DNA from: Planctomycetota bacterium
Lineage (GTDB): Bacteria; Planctomycetota; Planctomycetia; JALXBF01
Assembly: GCA_026991575.1 (NCBI GenBank)
Contig: JALXBF010000116.1
Location: 64,495 to 128,494, forward strand
DNA length: 64,000 nt
Direction: 5' to 3'
The position numbers and the translations under genes are program-made. A model generated the notes under the pieces. That model was not told the DNA's origin, searched no databases, and saw only the letters and a list, made by a program, of their open reading frames with translations. Position 1 is the stretch's first letter. Every line of letters starts with the position of its first letter. This document shows positions 47,838 to 59,033 of the stretch, piece after piece.

Positions 47838-48866
47838 ATGGGCTCTGTCCTCTGCCCTCCGTCTTTTCGTTGCCGCTGGCCAGGCACTGTCGCATTTCTG
47901 CTGACAGCGGTGGTGCTCAGCGGCTGCTCCTCGGGCACACCGGACGCGGCTCAGGCGCCACCGATCAATGTGCCGCCGCCGGATCCGGCCCGTTGTGTCC
48001 TGCCCACGGAGGAGTCGGTCCGTTCAGGAGCCTACCCCCTTGCCCGGCCGCTGTTCATCTACGTCAACAAGCAGAGCCTGCGCGAGAAACCTCAACTCTA
48101 CCAGTTCGTGCGTTACTATCTTGAGCACGCCGGCGAGCTGGCGAACGAAATCGGGTATTTTCCGTTTGGCGACGACGTCCGCAATGAGAATCTGAAGCTG
48201 CTGGAGCAAACGGTTCCCGAGCCGCCCTCCGGTCCAGCCCGCGGTGATGTCCACAGCGATGGCTCCAGCACGGTGTATCCGGTTACTCAGGCAGTTGCCG
48301 AGGAGTTCATGAAGGAGCATCCGGACATCCGGGTGCTGGTCGCCGTCAGCGGTACGGGCGGCGGGTTCAAGAAGTTTGTCCGGGGAGAGACCGACATCAA
48401 CTGTGCATCACGTCCCATTACCGAATCGGAGAAGGTCCTGTGCGAGCAGAACGGCATCGAGTACGTGGTGTTCAAGGTGTGTATCGACGCGATCGTCGTC
48501 GCGGTCAACACCGAAAACGACTGGTGCGATTGCTTGAGCTTCGAGCAGCTGCGTGAGATTTGGAAACCGGACAGTGTGGTCCAGTACTGGAGCCAGATCA
48601 ACCCTGCCTGGCCTCCAGAACCGATTCGGCTCTATGGTGCGGACACAGACTCGGGCACGTTCGACTATTTCACCGAGGCCATCGTGGGCGAGGCGCGGGC
48701 AAGCCGGACCGATTACACGCCGTCGGCTGACGACAACGTGCTTGTCCGCGGCATCGCCGGTGACCGCTACGCGCTCGGTTACATCCCCTACGCGTACTAC
48801 GTTGAGAACAAGTCGTCGTTGAAGGCGGTGCGACTGGCACCACCCGCACAGCACCAGGGCCGCTGA
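47838..48866 (+). CDS. pstS: phosphate ABC transporter substrate-binding lipoprotein
   Basis: A lipobox (LSGCSS) is present. The PstS motifs include [15 protein letters not shown]...[25 protein letters not shown]. Confidence 0.85.
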   Translation: MGSVLCPPSFRCRWPGTVAFLLTAVVLSGCSSGTPDAAQAPPINVPPPDPARCVLPTEESVRSGAYPLARPLFIYVNKQSLREKPQLYQFVRYYLEHAGELANEIGYFPFGDDVRNENLKLLEQTVPEPPSGPARGDVHSDGSSTVYPVTQAVAEEFMKEHPDIRVLVAVSGTGGGFKKFVRGETDINCASRPITESEKVLCEQNGIEYVVFKVCIDAIVVAVNTENDWCDCLSFEQLREIWKPDSVVQYWSQINPAWPPEPIRLYGADTDSGTFDYFTEAIVGEARASRTDYTPSADDNVLVRGIAGDRYALGYIPYAYYVENKSSLKAVRLAPPAQHQGR

Positions 48867-48876
48867 GCAGAGGGCA

Positions 48877-49839
48877 ATGGCCGAGGACGCTGAACAACGC
48901 GACCGTAACGAACCCGCTGTGGCGCCGCCACATCAGGTTGCCGGCAGTCGTTTTGGCGAGCGCGTGATTCAGTGGCTACTGTTCGGCTGCGCCGCCGTCT
49001 CCGTGATCACGACGATGGCCATTGTCCTGGTGCTGATCACCGAGTCGGCTCGGTTCTTTCGTCAGGTTGGCTTCGCTGAGTTCTTCCTGGACACGAAGTG
49101 GACGCCACAGTTTGCGGAGAAGCATTTCGGCATCTGGCCGCTGCTGGCCGGCACCTTCCTGGTCACCGCAATCGCCGCCATCGTGGGCCTGCCCACCGGC
49201 CTGTTGGCGGCGATCTTCATGAGCGAGTATGCGGGCCCAAGGCTGCGTGGATTGCTAAAGCCGACGCTTGAGGTGCTGGCGGGCATCCCAACGGTCGTGT
49301 ACGGCTACTTTGCGCTTACCTTCATCACTCCCTATGTGCTGAAGCCGCTGTTCGAGCGATTGCTGGGAGTACACGTGGAGGTGTACAACGCGCTGGCAGC
49401 CGGGATTGTCGTCGGCATCATGGTGATCCCGATGGTCGCGTCGATTAGCGAGGACATCCTGCACAGCGTGCCGAACTCGTTGCGCGAAGCCGGCTATGCG
49501 CTGGGGGCAACCAGGGTGACCGTGGTGCTTCGCGTCGTGCTGCCGGCCGCTCTCTCCGGCGTGCTTGCCTCGTTCATCCTGGCCATAGCACGTGCTATCG
49601 GAGAGACCATGGCCGTAACGCTGGCCGCGGGCCTGAACCCGCGGTTGACCTTGAACCCGCTGCGCAGCGTCGAAACGATGACGGCCTACATCGTGAACGT
49701 GTCGCTGGGTGACACGCCGTTGGGTAGCATCGAGTACTACAGCATCTACGCTGTGGCCATTGTGCTCTTTGCTATTACGCTTGCCTCGAACGTCGCCGCC
49801 AACCTGATCCTGGCCCGCTACCGCGAAGTCTACCAGTGA
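48877..49839 (+). CDS. pstC: phosphate ABC transporter permease
   Basis: It has six TM helices and an EAA-like loop ([20 protein letters not shown]). It is first of two permeases after pstS. Confidence 0.85.
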   Translation: MAEDAEQRDRNEPAVAPPHQVAGSRFGERVIQWLLFGCAAVSVITTMAIVLVLITESARFFRQVGFAEFFLDTKWTPQFAEKHFGIWPLLAGTFLVTAIAAIVGLPTGLLAAIFMSEYAGPRLRGLLKPTLEVLAGIPTVVYGYFALTFITPYVLKPLFERLLGVHVEVYNALAAGIVVGIMVIPMVASISEDILHSVPNSLREAGYALGATRVTVVLRVVLPAALSGVLASFILAIARAIGETMAVTLAAGLNPRLTLNPLRSVETMTAYIVNVSLGDTPLGSIEYYSIYAVAIVLFAITLASNVAANLILARYREVYQ

Positions 49840-50831
49840 TGTCTGTACGGCATACAGCACCGAGCGGCAAGGAGCGATTGGTTGGGCGCGTTTTCCACGC
49901 TGCCTGCACCGTCGCAGCCCTGTTCGGCTGCCTGGTCCTGGCCGTGTTGCTGGCTGCCATCGTGTGGCAGGCCTGGGGCTGGTTGAACTGGGAGTTCCTG
50001 ACCCGCTTTGACTCGCGGCGGCCAGATCAAGCCGGCGTAAAGGCGGCACTTTGGGGAAGCTTCTGGGTCCTAACCTTCACGGCCATCGTAGCCGTTCCGT
50101 TGTCAATCGGGGCAGCCATCTACCTTGAGGAATACGCACGGAAGTCGCGCCTGACCACGTTCCTGCAACTGAACGTGAACAACTTGGCTGGAGTACCGTC
50201 GATCGTCTTCGGTATTCTTGGCTTGACGGCCTTCGTACGAATGTTTGGCATCTTCGGTAACGAACCAGAAACCGTTGCCATCCCGCTCGGCCTGTGTACG
50301 CTCAAACTTCAGTTGCCCTTCGGCCGGTCCGTTCTGGCCGGGGCGCTGACGCTGGCGCTGCTGATTATGCCTATCCTGATCGTTGCAACCCAGGAGGCCT
50401 TGCGTGCCGTGCCGGCCGGCGTGCGGCATGCAGCCCTGGCATTGGGTGCCAGCAAGTGGCAGACGATCCGCTACCAGGTGCTGCCGGCGGCGGCACCGGG
50501 CATTTTGACCGGCGTCATCCTTGCCCTCTCGCGCGCTGTGGGCGAGACAGCCCCGCTGCTGATGATCGGAGCGCTCAGCTACGTCGCCTTCACGCCAGGC
50601 GGCATCGAACGACTCGCCGACCTGCTCTCGCTTCAGAAACTGGCCGGGGTACCGTTCTCGCCGTTTACCGTGTTGCCGATCCAGATCTTCAACTGGGCGC
50701 TACGCCCCCAGCGTGAGTACCATCACCTGGCGGCAGCCGCTATCGTGGTGTTGCTGGTGTTTCTGTTGCTCATGAATGCGGCCGCCATCTACCTGCGCTA
50801 CCGCTTCCGACGGCGCCTCACCGGCCGCTAG
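49836..50831 (+). CDS. pstA: phosphate ABC transporter permease
   Basis: It overlaps pstC by 4 bp. It has TM helices and [25 protein letters not shown]. Confidence 0.85.
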   Translation: MMSVRHTAPSGKERLVGRVFHAACTVAALFGCLVLAVLLAAIVWQAWGWLNWEFLTRFDSRRPDQAGVKAALWGSFWVLTFTAIVAVPLSIGAAIYLEEYARKSRLTTFLQLNVNNLAGVPSIVFGILGLTAFVRMFGIFGNEPETVAIPLGLCTLKLQLPFGRSVLAGALTLALLIMPILIVATQEALRAVPAGVRHAALALGASKWQTIRYQVLPAAAPGILTGVILALSRAVGETAPLLMIGALSYVAFTPGGIERLADLLSLQKLAGVPFSPFTVLPIQIFNWALRPQREYHHLAAAAIVVLLVFLLLMNAAAIYLRYRFRRRLTGR

Positions 50832-50886
50832 CCGCTTCCATGCCAAACGGGCCTGGCGGAGCGCGTATGCGGAGAGCCAGACGACA

Positions 50887-51729
<843 letters not shown>

Positions 51730-51745
51730 CGCCAAGGGGAGTCCG

Positions 51746-52408
51746 ATGACCGTCCATCTTGCCCGCGACATGGAGCGACTCCACAACGACCTCCTGCACA
51801 TGTGCGCGCAGGTCGAGGAGATGATCAAGGAAGCAGTCGACCTGCTCGATGAGCCCAGCGTGGAACAGGCGCAGCAGCTGAGCGAACGGGACGACGAGAT
51901 CGACCGCTGGGATGTCAAACTCGAAGAAGACTGCCTCAAAGTGCTCGCCCTGCATCAGCCGGTTGCGATCGACCTGAGACGGATCACGACCGTCCTGAAA
52001 GTCACGGCCGAGCTGGAACGGATCGCGGACCTAGCCGTGAACATTGCCGAGCGGGCCGCCGGGCTGCTGGAAGGGCCGCGCATCGAAGTGCCACCCAAGC
52101 TGGACGAAATGGCCAAGATTGCCGTCGAAATGATGCACGACGCCATCCAGTCCTACGTCGCCATGGACGCCGAACGAGCCTGGCAAGTCATCCGGCGTGA
52201 CGACCAGGTGGACGTGCTGAACCGAGCCATTATCGACGAGCTACGCGAGACGATGAAACGCTCTCCGGACCTGGTCGACCCGTGCCTGCACCTCTTCTCC
52301 GCCGGCAGACACGTGGAGCGCGTGGCAGACCACGCCACGAACATCGCCGAGGATGTGATCTATCTGGTGAAAGGAGAGATCGTACGCCACCAGCCAACGA
52401 TGCGCTAG
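51746..52408 (+). CDS. phoU: phosphate signalling complex protein PhoU
   Basis: It has two PhoU repeats (ERIADLAVNIAER and ERVADHATNIAED) and is 220 aa. Confidence 0.85.
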   Translation: MTVHLARDMERLHNDLLHMCAQVEEMIKEAVDLLDEPSVEQAQQLSERDDEIDRWDVKLEEDCLKVLALHQPVAIDLRRITTVLKVTAELERIADLAVNIAERAAGLLEGPRIEVPPKLDEMAKIAVEMMHDAIQSYVAMDAERAWQVIRRDDQVDVLNRAIIDELRETMKRSPDLVDPCLHLFSAGRHVERVADHATNIAEDVIYLVKGEIVRHQPTMR

Positions 52409-52493
52409 TGCCGAAGCCGGGACTCGAACCCGGACGGGCTTAACGCCCACTAGGTCCTGAACCTAGCGCGTCTCCCAATTCCGCCACTTCGGC
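52409..52493 (-). tRNA. tRNA-Leu (anticodon CAG), class II with long variable arm
   Basis: Manual fold: acceptor GCCGAAG/CUUCGGC, anticodon loop UUCAGGA, variable arm UGGGCGUUAAGCCCGUC, T-arm CGGGUUCGAGUCCCG. Confidence 0.8.
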
Positions 52494-52505
52494 CCAATTT
52501 GGAAG

Positions 52506-52576
52506 CTGGGGAGCCTGGATTCGAACCAGGACAAGCAGATCCAGAGTCTGCTGTGCTACCGTTACACCACTCCCCA
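52506..52576 (-). tRNA. tRNA-Gln (anticodon CTG)
   Basis: The acceptor is UGGGGAG/CUCCCCA with a U1-A72 pair, as is typical for tRNA-Gln. The anticodon stem GCAGA/UCUGC has loop CUCUGGA. The T-arm is CCUGGUUCGAAUCCAGG. Ends are accurate to about 1 nt. Confidence 0.75.
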
Positions 52577-52855
52577 GTTCACCTGTAGAGTAGGCCGCTG
52601 GCCGGCAAATGTCAACCTGACCACGCTGCCAACCCTCGATTCTCCTGCTGACTGCCGCCGCAGACGACCGGTCCTTCCCCACCCCGGCCAATGTCACGTG
52701 CCCAGGACCATGGCCGGACGTCCCAACCGGTCAATATCCCGCGATCGAAACGACCACGGGGCCACTTGGCCCGCCGAATGATCGCACACATCGCGCATGC
52801 GTGCCGCAGTTGCCTGCCGTACATTAAGACAAACGCCCAAGCGGAGTCGTGCCCG

Positions 52856-53701
52856 ATGTCCCAGACCGAACGCTTCCGCCTTGCCGTCGTCCAGATGAAC
52901 GTCACCTTTGCCGACCCGGACGCCAACCTGGGCCGCATCGAGCAGTACGCTCGGCAGGCGGCCGCGGAGAACGCGTGGCTGATCCTGTTCCCCGAATGCT
53001 GCCTGACGGGCTACTGCTTCCAGACGCGGGCCGAAGCGCTGCGAACGGCGCTGCCTGAGGATGCGCCGGCGCTACGGGAGATCGAGCAGCTGGCCCGGTC
53101 GCTCGGCCGCTGGCTGGTGGTCGGCTATGCCGAGCGCTCCGGCGACGATCGGCTCTACAACGCCTGCACGCTCTTCGGCCCAGAAGGCAAGGTACTGACG
53201 TACCACAAGACCCACCTACCCTCGCTCGGATTGGACAAGTTTGTGGAGCCCGGGGCTGGCCCGTATGAGGTGGTCGACGCCGGAGGTGTCCGTGTCGCCA
53301 TGAATATCTGCTACGATGTCTCCTTCCCCGAAGCAGCCCGTATCTTGACCCTGCGCGGCGCCGACCTCATCCTGCTACCCACCAACTGGCCCCCCGGTGC
53401 CGAACTGCTACCGGTGCACGTCGTCCCCACGCGGGCGCTGGAGAACAACATCTACTACGCGGCGGCGAACCGGATCGGCGTCGAACGCGGCTTCCGCTTC
53501 ATCGGCCAAAGCGTTATCTGCGCCCCCGACGGCACCGTGCTTGCCATGGCCGGGCCCGAAGAAGAGACCGTCCTGTACGCCGACATCGAACCTCAGCGGG
53601 CCCGGCAAAAACGACTCGTCCGTGTGCCGGGCAAGCATGAGATCGATCGCCTTGCGGACCGCCGCCCTGAACTGTACCGGCCCATCTGCGAGGGCCCCTG
53701 A
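52856..53701 (+). CDS. carbon-nitrogen hydrolase family protein (nitrilase/amidase-like)
   Basis: The CN-hydrolase catalytic triad context is present: LILFPECCLTGY with Glu, a Lys in HKTHL, and a Cys in MNICYD. The start was moved to ATG 52856. Confidence 0.8.
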   Translation: MSQTERFRLAVVQMNVTFADPDANLGRIEQYARQAAAENAWLILFPECCLTGYCFQTRAEALRTALPEDAPALREIEQLARSLGRWLVVGYAERSGDDRLYNACTLFGPEGKVLTYHKTHLPSLGLDKFVEPGAGPYEVVDAGGVRVAMNICYDVSFPEAARILTLRGADLILLPTNWPPGAELLPVHVVPTRALENNIYYAAANRIGVERGFRFIGQSVICAPDGTVLAMAGPEEETVLYADIEPQRARQKRLVRVPGKHEIDRLADRRPELYRPICEGP

Positions 53702-53740
53702 CCAGCCCGGCAGCCCTGGCCACGGAACAACCTGCCCCCG

Positions 53741-54568
53741 TCAGCCGATCACGGCCACTGCCAGCAGGGCTGCCGCCCAGGGCAACAGGATCACGGTACC
53801 GTTGTCGTCCAACGGCGCAACCCACGGCCCCTCGGCCAGCACCGCAACAGCGGCGCCCACAACTACGGCCGGTGCCGGCGTACCCACCAACCACCACCCG
53901 GCTACCCAGATCGCCAGCGCGGCCACTAGACCGACGACTCGAGCGCACACCGCGCTTCCGTACCGGCGGCGACATTCGCCCATCAGTGGATCGATGACCG
54001 CTGCCGTCACGAACACCGGGTAAGCCAGCGATCGAGCAAGCTGGCGGGTCAGTAGTTCGCCTGTCAGTAGCACCACCAGTCCGCTGGCCACCGTCCACGC
54101 CGCCCCAGACAGCCTCGCCCGCTCGTACCCGCGCTGCCCGATGACGAGCAGGCCGTACCTTAGCCGAACCGCTTCGAACGTCAGCAGCGCGCCACCCAGG
54201 CACACGGCGACCAGCACACTGGCGGCCCGTCCCCGGCCCCCCCAAGCCGGAATCAGGTCGTAGTAGAAGCACGGAACCGCGGCTAGCGCCAGATGTGTCA
54301 GCCGCCGAAGCCAGTGACCGAAACGCCCGCCGTGGACGCGGGCATCCTCCGGGTCTAGACGTCGCCGTGCGTTGCATGTCGCCGAGAATAGCCGGTCTCG
54401 CCGTAGCGCATGCATCGAAACGCTATAGTATTCAGCGTAGTGCCCTAACCGCTGAGATTGGGTGGTTCTGTCCAATGCTACGTTCTCATCGTCTGAGAGC
54501 CTGGCTGGTCGGCAAGTCCCCATCACGGCTTTTGACCGTGCTGCTGCTAGCTGTCCCGCCTTCTCCAC
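53741..54568 (-). CDS. polytopic membrane protein (CTP-dependent polyprenol/dolichol kinase or CDS-like?)
   Basis: It has 7 to 8 TM helices and a conserved-looking C-terminal Gly-rich stretch. The family assignment is a guess. Confidence 0.4.
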   Translation of the reverse strand: MEKAGQLAAARSKAVMGTCRPARLSDDENVALDRTTQSQRLGHYAEYYSVSMHALRRDRLFSATCNARRRLDPEDARVHGGRFGHWLRRLTHLALAAVPCFYYDLIPAWGGRGRAASVLVAVCLGGALLTFEAVRLRYGLLVIGQRGYERARLSGAAWTVASGLVVLLTGELLTRQLARSLAYPVFVTAAVIDPLMGECRRRYGSAVCARVVGLVAALAIWVAGWWLVGTPAPAVVVGAAVAVLAEGPWVAPLDDNGTVILLPWAAALLAVAVIG

Positions 54569-55638
54569 TCATGGCGCAGCAGCTCAAGCAGCCCACGGTT
54601 CAGCCGCCCCAGCAGCCGGCACCGCCAGGACACGCTCGCTATCCGGACGCAGAACGTGAGGAGCTCGTGCCGGGCTTTCCCATCGGTGATCCGGCCGCCC
54701 TGCACCCGAAGGCGGACTGGCAGTTGAAATCGAACATCTTCCTGCGAACGGCGAAGCGCTACCGCGTGTCGCTGGAAGGGCTGTGGCGGTTCGGGCCGGT
54801 GCTTGACCCACAGGAGCACCCGATCCGCTCTGAGATGGGCTGGTTGAAGCTTCCAGGTCTGTGGACTGACCCCGAGGCGATCGTCTACGACGCCACTCAC
54901 AAGATCGCGGAGGGCCGCTGGGCCGGACGGCCTCTGAGCCGTTACCCGGTGGCCTGGCTGGAGCGTGAGCTGTACGCGCCGGCTTCGTGGATCTCCAAAC
55001 TGATCTACATCACGGTCCGCGGCCCGTATGCCGACGCGACGTTGCACGTGAACGGCGAACCGGTAGCGCCCTCAGCAAGAGGGGATGACCACGTGGTTTA
55101 CGAAGTCACTTCTTACCTCGTCTACCCCGGTTGGAATCTGCTCGACCTGCGCAAGCGCGTACCCATCGAGCAAGCAAACGTCACCGCCGAGCTGCCCCTC
55201 GAAGTGCCGATCGAAGTGGACCGGCCGCAACCGCCATCGCGCAAGTTCACCGAGAAGAAGCCGTTGATCTACGTGGACGTCATCCCCGCCGGCCCACACT
55301 TCGAAAGTGTCACTGTGCGCCAGGAGGGTCCAGACACCTGGGTTGCGCATTGCCAGCTCGGACTTCCGCCCATCTTCCCGTTCCCCGCGCGCGACACCGA
55401 CCCGGTTCCCACCTTCGACCTGGTGATTCTCGAAGGGGGTTCCCGTGAGGCCGATCTCGACGATCCTGTCCTGCACGAGCGGTTCGTGCTGAAGAAGCGG
55501 CCGCGTAAGCCGCTGCCGTTCAGATTCAAGCTCAGAACCGCGAAGCCAACCACGCTCACCCTGCGACTGTACGAGGTAGCCAACGGGACCCGCGTCCTGC
55601 GCGACGAGTTCTACCCGATCCAGATCGAGGCGCCTTAG
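54475..55638 (+). CDS. secreted protein with a galactose-binding-like (GH2 N-terminal sugar-binding-like) domain
   Basis: A signal peptide (MLRSHRLRAWLVGKSPSRLLTVLLLAVPPSPLMA) is present. LEGLWRFGPV plus KLIYITVRGPYADATLHVNGEPV...DDHVVYEVTSYL resemble the jelly-roll sugar-binding domain of GH2 enzymes. No catalytic barrel is present. Confidence 0.4.
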   Translation: MLRSHRLRAWLVGKSPSRLLTVLLLAVPPSPLMAQQLKQPTVQPPQQPAPPGHARYPDAEREELVPGFPIGDPAALHPKADWQLKSNIFLRTAKRYRVSLEGLWRFGPVLDPQEHPIRSEMGWLKLPGLWTDPEAIVYDATHKIAEGRWAGRPLSRYPVAWLERELYAPASWISKLIYITVRGPYADATLHVNGEPVAPSARGDDHVVYEVTSYLVYPGWNLLDLRKRVPIEQANVTAELPLEVPIEVDRPQPPSRKFTEKKPLIYVDVIPAGPHFESVTVRQEGPDTWVAHCQLGLPPIFPFPARDTDPVPTFDLVILEGGSREADLDDPVLHERFVLKKRPRKPLPFRFKLRTAKPTTLTLRLYEVANGTRVLRDEFYPIQIEAP

Positions 55639-55903
55639 GACCTGCGCGCACGCTCCCCCTTGCCACTTACGGCACGCGCGGACGGCGTAGGTACCGGGGC
55701 GAGCCGCGCTCTGCTGCTGCGCCGGCCGTGTGCCGTGTCCAACTCGGGCTTGACGCGGTGGCAGGTTGCGACCAGATCAGGCGGCGTCTTGGACGACGGG
55801 CCCACCCGGAGTGACCAGACAGAAGGCCCGGCCGCCCCCCTGTCTTCAGCCCCTTGCCCCGGTGGTCCCGCCCGGGGGTGCGGCCCGCCGGAGCCGCTCG
55901 TCG

Positions 55904-56131
55904 CTACGTCAATTCGGACGCTTTCTCGGCAGCCTGAAAGCCGCACTCCTTGTGACTGCCGTCGCAGAACGGCTTGCGCTTCGTGTGCCCGCACCGGCAC
56001 AGCGCAATGGCGGGCTTATCGGCAGGCAGCGGGATCTCGTTGCCTTCGGTATCCAGCAACTTGATGGGGCCTTCGATGACGATCGGGCCGTTCGGACGTA
56101 GACGCACGATCACTTCAGCCATTCTTGCCAC
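55904..56131 (-). CDS. CDGSH-type iron-sulfur domain protein
   Basis: It contains CRCGHTKRKPFCDGSHK, the CDGSH zinc-finger/2Fe-2S motif, and is 75 aa. It overlaps the hisS 3' end by 17 bp. Confidence 0.8.
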   Translation of the reverse strand: MARMAEVIVRLRPNGPIVIEGPIKLLDTEGNEIPLPADKPAIALCRCGHTKRKPFCDGSHKECGFQAAEKASELT

Positions 56132-57521
56132 CTCCGCGTTCTGCCGGATCAGTTCTCAGTCGGTTGCCTTCGGCGAGTGCTGCCCTGACCCGGTCCACGA
56201 GTTCGCTCAGAGGCAAGTCGCGCTGTTGCTGACGGGTCTGTAGGTTGCGTAATGCGAAGGTCCCCTGGGCAAGCTCGTCGGGGCCGATAATTAGCGCGAA
56301 GCGATAGCCCCGGCTAGAAGCATAGCCAAGCTGATCGCGGAGCGGTCTTGGATCGGGGAAGATTTCGCACCCGATGCCTGCTTGGCGTAGACGGTGTGCG
56401 AGGCGGAAGTATACGCGGACGTCGCCGCCGGGGAAGTTGACGAGGAGCACAGGAGCGGTTGCCGCCTGGGGCTGAAGCCAGCCGGCTTCCGCCATAAGCG
56501 CAAGCAGGCGATCGACCCCGAAGGAGGCGCCAACGCCGGGCAACTCGATGGAAGTGAACAGACCCGCCAGGTCGTCGTACCGGCCACCGGCCGCCACGGC
56601 ACCGAAGGACTCATAGCCGTCGACGGTTGTCTCAAAGATGATGCCCGTGTAGTAGTCCAGGCCGCGTGCCAGCGAGGGATCGATCCGGAAGGTAGCACCG
56701 TCCAGTTCTGCGGCCTCCAGCAGCGCCAGCACCTCCTCCAGTCGTGTCAGCCCCTGAGAAGCAGTCTCGTGCCCGGCCAGCAACTCTCGGAGCGCTGCCA
56801 GCACGCTGGCGTTGTCGTTCTTACGCAGCTGGTCAAGTTGCTGAAGCAGCTGTTCCGCTACGTCGTGAGGCACCAGCGGCTGGTTGTCGGCGCCGCGCAG
56901 CGCCGCCAGCTCTCGGGCAACCCCATCTCGGCCGACCTTGTCCCATTTGTCCAACACACGCAGCACGGCACTTCGGTGGGCAAGGAGTCCAAAGTGGGCA
57001 AGCAACCCATCGAGCACCCGACGGTCGTTAAGGCGGACGGTAAAGGCGGGTATGCCGGCCGCGCGGAGGCCGTCGTGGATGATTTCGGCCACCTCTGCAT
57101 CGGCCACCACCGAGCGGCTGCCTACGATGTCGAAATCGCACTGGTAGAACTCACGGTACCGGCCGCGTTGGGCACGTTCGCCGCGGAACACCAGGCCGAT
57201 GTGGTAACGTTTGAACGGCACACCCACGTCGCTGACGTGCGCAGCCATGTAGCGGGCTAGCGGCACGGTCAGGTCGAAGCGCAGCGCCAGGTCGCTGTCC
57301 TCGAGCCGCTGTCCCCGCTGCGCGACCTCGTAGATCTGCCGCTGGATCTCATCGCCACCCTTGGCGTAAAGCACTTCACGCCGCTCTAGCACGGGGGTAT
57401 CGATCGGCACGAAGCCGTGCCCCTCGAACGTGCTCCGGAAGACACTCAGCAGCCGGTCCCGCGCGATGGCCTGCGCGGGCAACAAGTCCCGGGTTCCGGA
57501 TGGCACACGCGGCTCAATCAT
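56115..57521 (-). CDS. hisS: histidine--tRNA ligase
   Basis: It has class II synthetase motifs plus HisRS-specific RYHIGLVFRGERAQRGRYREFYQCDFDIVG and GGRYD. The start was set at ATG 57521 (MIEPRVPSGTRDLLP). Confidence 0.9.
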   Translation of the reverse strand: MIEPRVPSGTRDLLPAQAIARDRLLSVFRSTFEGHGFVPIDTPVLERREVLYAKGGDEIQRQIYEVAQRGQRLEDSDLALRFDLTVPLARYMAAHVSDVGVPFKRYHIGLVFRGERAQRGRYREFYQCDFDIVGSRSVVADAEVAEIIHDGLRAAGIPAFTVRLNDRRVLDGLLAHFGLLAHRSAVLRVLDKWDKVGRDGVARELAALRGADNQPLVPHDVAEQLLQQLDQLRKNDNASVLAALRELLAGHETASQGLTRLEEVLALLEAAELDGATFRIDPSLARGLDYYTGIIFETTVDGYESFGAVAAGGRYDDLAGLFTSIELPGVGASFGVDRLLALMAEAGWLQPQAATAPVLLVNFPGGDVRVYFRLAHRLRQAGIGCEIFPDPRPLRDQLGYASSRGYRFALIIGPDELAQGTFALRNLQTRQQQRDLPLSELVDRVRAALAEGNRLRTDPAERGGGKNG

Positions 57522-57802
57522 CGCCGAGCACCTCACTGCGACGAACATGGCATCATAGGCCGTGCCCGGCCACCTGGCCAGCGAACCGACCGGCCTCCGG
57601 CGCATCCTTCAACCAGCGGACTGCCTCACCGAACAGTTCCCCCTGTCCCGGCCCCGCGATCACGGCGCGGCGAGCTAACACACCGGGCATGCGTACAGCT
57701 TTCGCACGGCAAGAGAAGCGCGGCCGTGACGTGTGCAACACGCCGGTCCGCTCCGCGGCGGGAGGGGGGGCACCGGACGGATCCCAGCACGCAAGCACTC
57801 GC

Positions 57803-58741
57803 TTACCGCTTCGGATAGATCACGAACTCCACCCGACGATTCTTCGCCTTGCCGGCCGCGGTGCGGTTGGAAGCGATCGGACGGGTTGGGCCGTAGCCGG
57901 CGACGAAAAGTCGGTCAGCTGGGACGCCCTCTTTTCGTGTCAGGTACTCAAAGACCGCAAGGGCGCGCTCGGTGGCCAGCTCGTGGTTGCTGCCCCAGCT
58001 GCTCTTGCGAATGGGATCGGCATCGGTGTGCCCTTCAATGCCGACCATGTACCCGGCGTACTCGGACTTCAGAACACGCGCGATTCGCTGAAGCACCGCC
58101 CGCGCCTCGGGTCGTACCTTAGCTTTGCCCGGGTCGAAGAGCGGGACCGAAGTGATCCGGATCCTGACCACATCGCCGTCACGAACGACTTCGGCACCGC
58201 GGATTCGCACAAGCGGAATGCGATCGGCGGCGCGGGAAGCTCCCGAACCGACCGTGCTGCTGGCGGCCACGCGCGTCGAGCGCGACCGCCACGCAGAACG
58301 GCGCGTGGCCGGACCAAAGGCCTTCTGCGACGACTGGTGCGGCGCTGCCGGCGGCAGTGGGCTACGTGCGGCAAGTTCCAGCGTCGGTCTTGAGGGCTGG
58401 CTATCCCAGGGCATCGAGCTTGTGGTGCCGGCTGTCGAACTGGTCCGGCCGGTGGCCGGGAAGGTTACCCGGCTTGCCATCTGACTCCGTAGCCGGCGCA
58501 CTTCTGCCTGTTCACGGGCAAGCAGGCGGTGGAGCTCCTGGTTGTCCTGTTCGAGGGCCTGGAGGCGGGCTTGCGCCTGAGCCAACTGGCTCTGGCACTG
58601 GCGGTTGGCGCGGCGCAGCTGCTGGTAGTTTCCCAGCGCGGTGAAGGGATTGGTCAGCTGCGTCGACTGACAGCCGACAGTCCCGAGCAGAACGGCAGTA
58701 GACAGGCTCACGAAGCGGACACATCTGAGCCAACCAGCCAT
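57803..58741 (-). CDS. OmpA-family lipoprotein with N-terminal coiled coil
   Basis: A lipobox (LLGTVGCQ) and a Q/A/L-rich coiled coil are followed by a C-terminal OmpA-like domain (GHTDADPI...NHELATERALAVFEYL...NRRVEFVIY). Confidence 0.75.
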   Translation of the reverse strand: MAGWLRCVRFVSLSTAVLLGTVGCQSTQLTNPFTALGNYQQLRRANRQCQSQLAQAQARLQALEQDNQELHRLLAREQAEVRRLRSQMASRVTFPATGRTSSTAGTTSSMPWDSQPSRPTLELAARSPLPPAAPHQSSQKAFGPATRRSAWRSRSTRVAASSTVGSGASRAADRIPLVRIRGAEVVRDGDVVRIRITSVPLFDPGKAKVRPEARAVLQRIARVLKSEYAGYMVGIEGHTDADPIRKSSWGSNHELATERALAVFEYLTRKEGVPADRLFVAGYGPTRPIASNRTAAGKAKNRRVEFVIYPKR

Positions 58742-58774
58742 CCCTGCCTCCCTGTCTCCTGCCCGCGCCGGGGT

Positions 58775-59011
58775 TCAGCGGCGACGAAGCTGCCGCACGG
58801 TCTGCACCAGCTTCAGGACGCCCGCACCGATGAGGCCGGACGCCAGCATCACAAACCAAGCTGGGCTGTTAAACTCCCCTAGCAGCGGGAAGCGGACGAC
58901 GATCCTCTGGCTGTTCGCGATGATGAACCCTGCCACGATCGCGCCCAGCACGCCGTAGACAATGAGATGCCACCTCTCTCTGATTCTTCGGACCGCTTCC
59001 GACACTTTCAT
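58775..59011 (-). CDS. LapA-like (DUF1049) small inner-membrane protein
   Basis: It is 78 aa with two TM helices, and the topology resembles the lipopolysaccharide assembly protein A domain. Confidence 0.45.
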   Translation of the reverse strand: MKVSEAVRRIRERWHLIVYGVLGAIVAGFIIANSQRIVVRFPLLGEFNSPAWFVMLASGLIGAGVLKLVQTVRQLRRR

Positions 59012-59033
59012 TAGAAAACCTCCCCGAGCCTAC

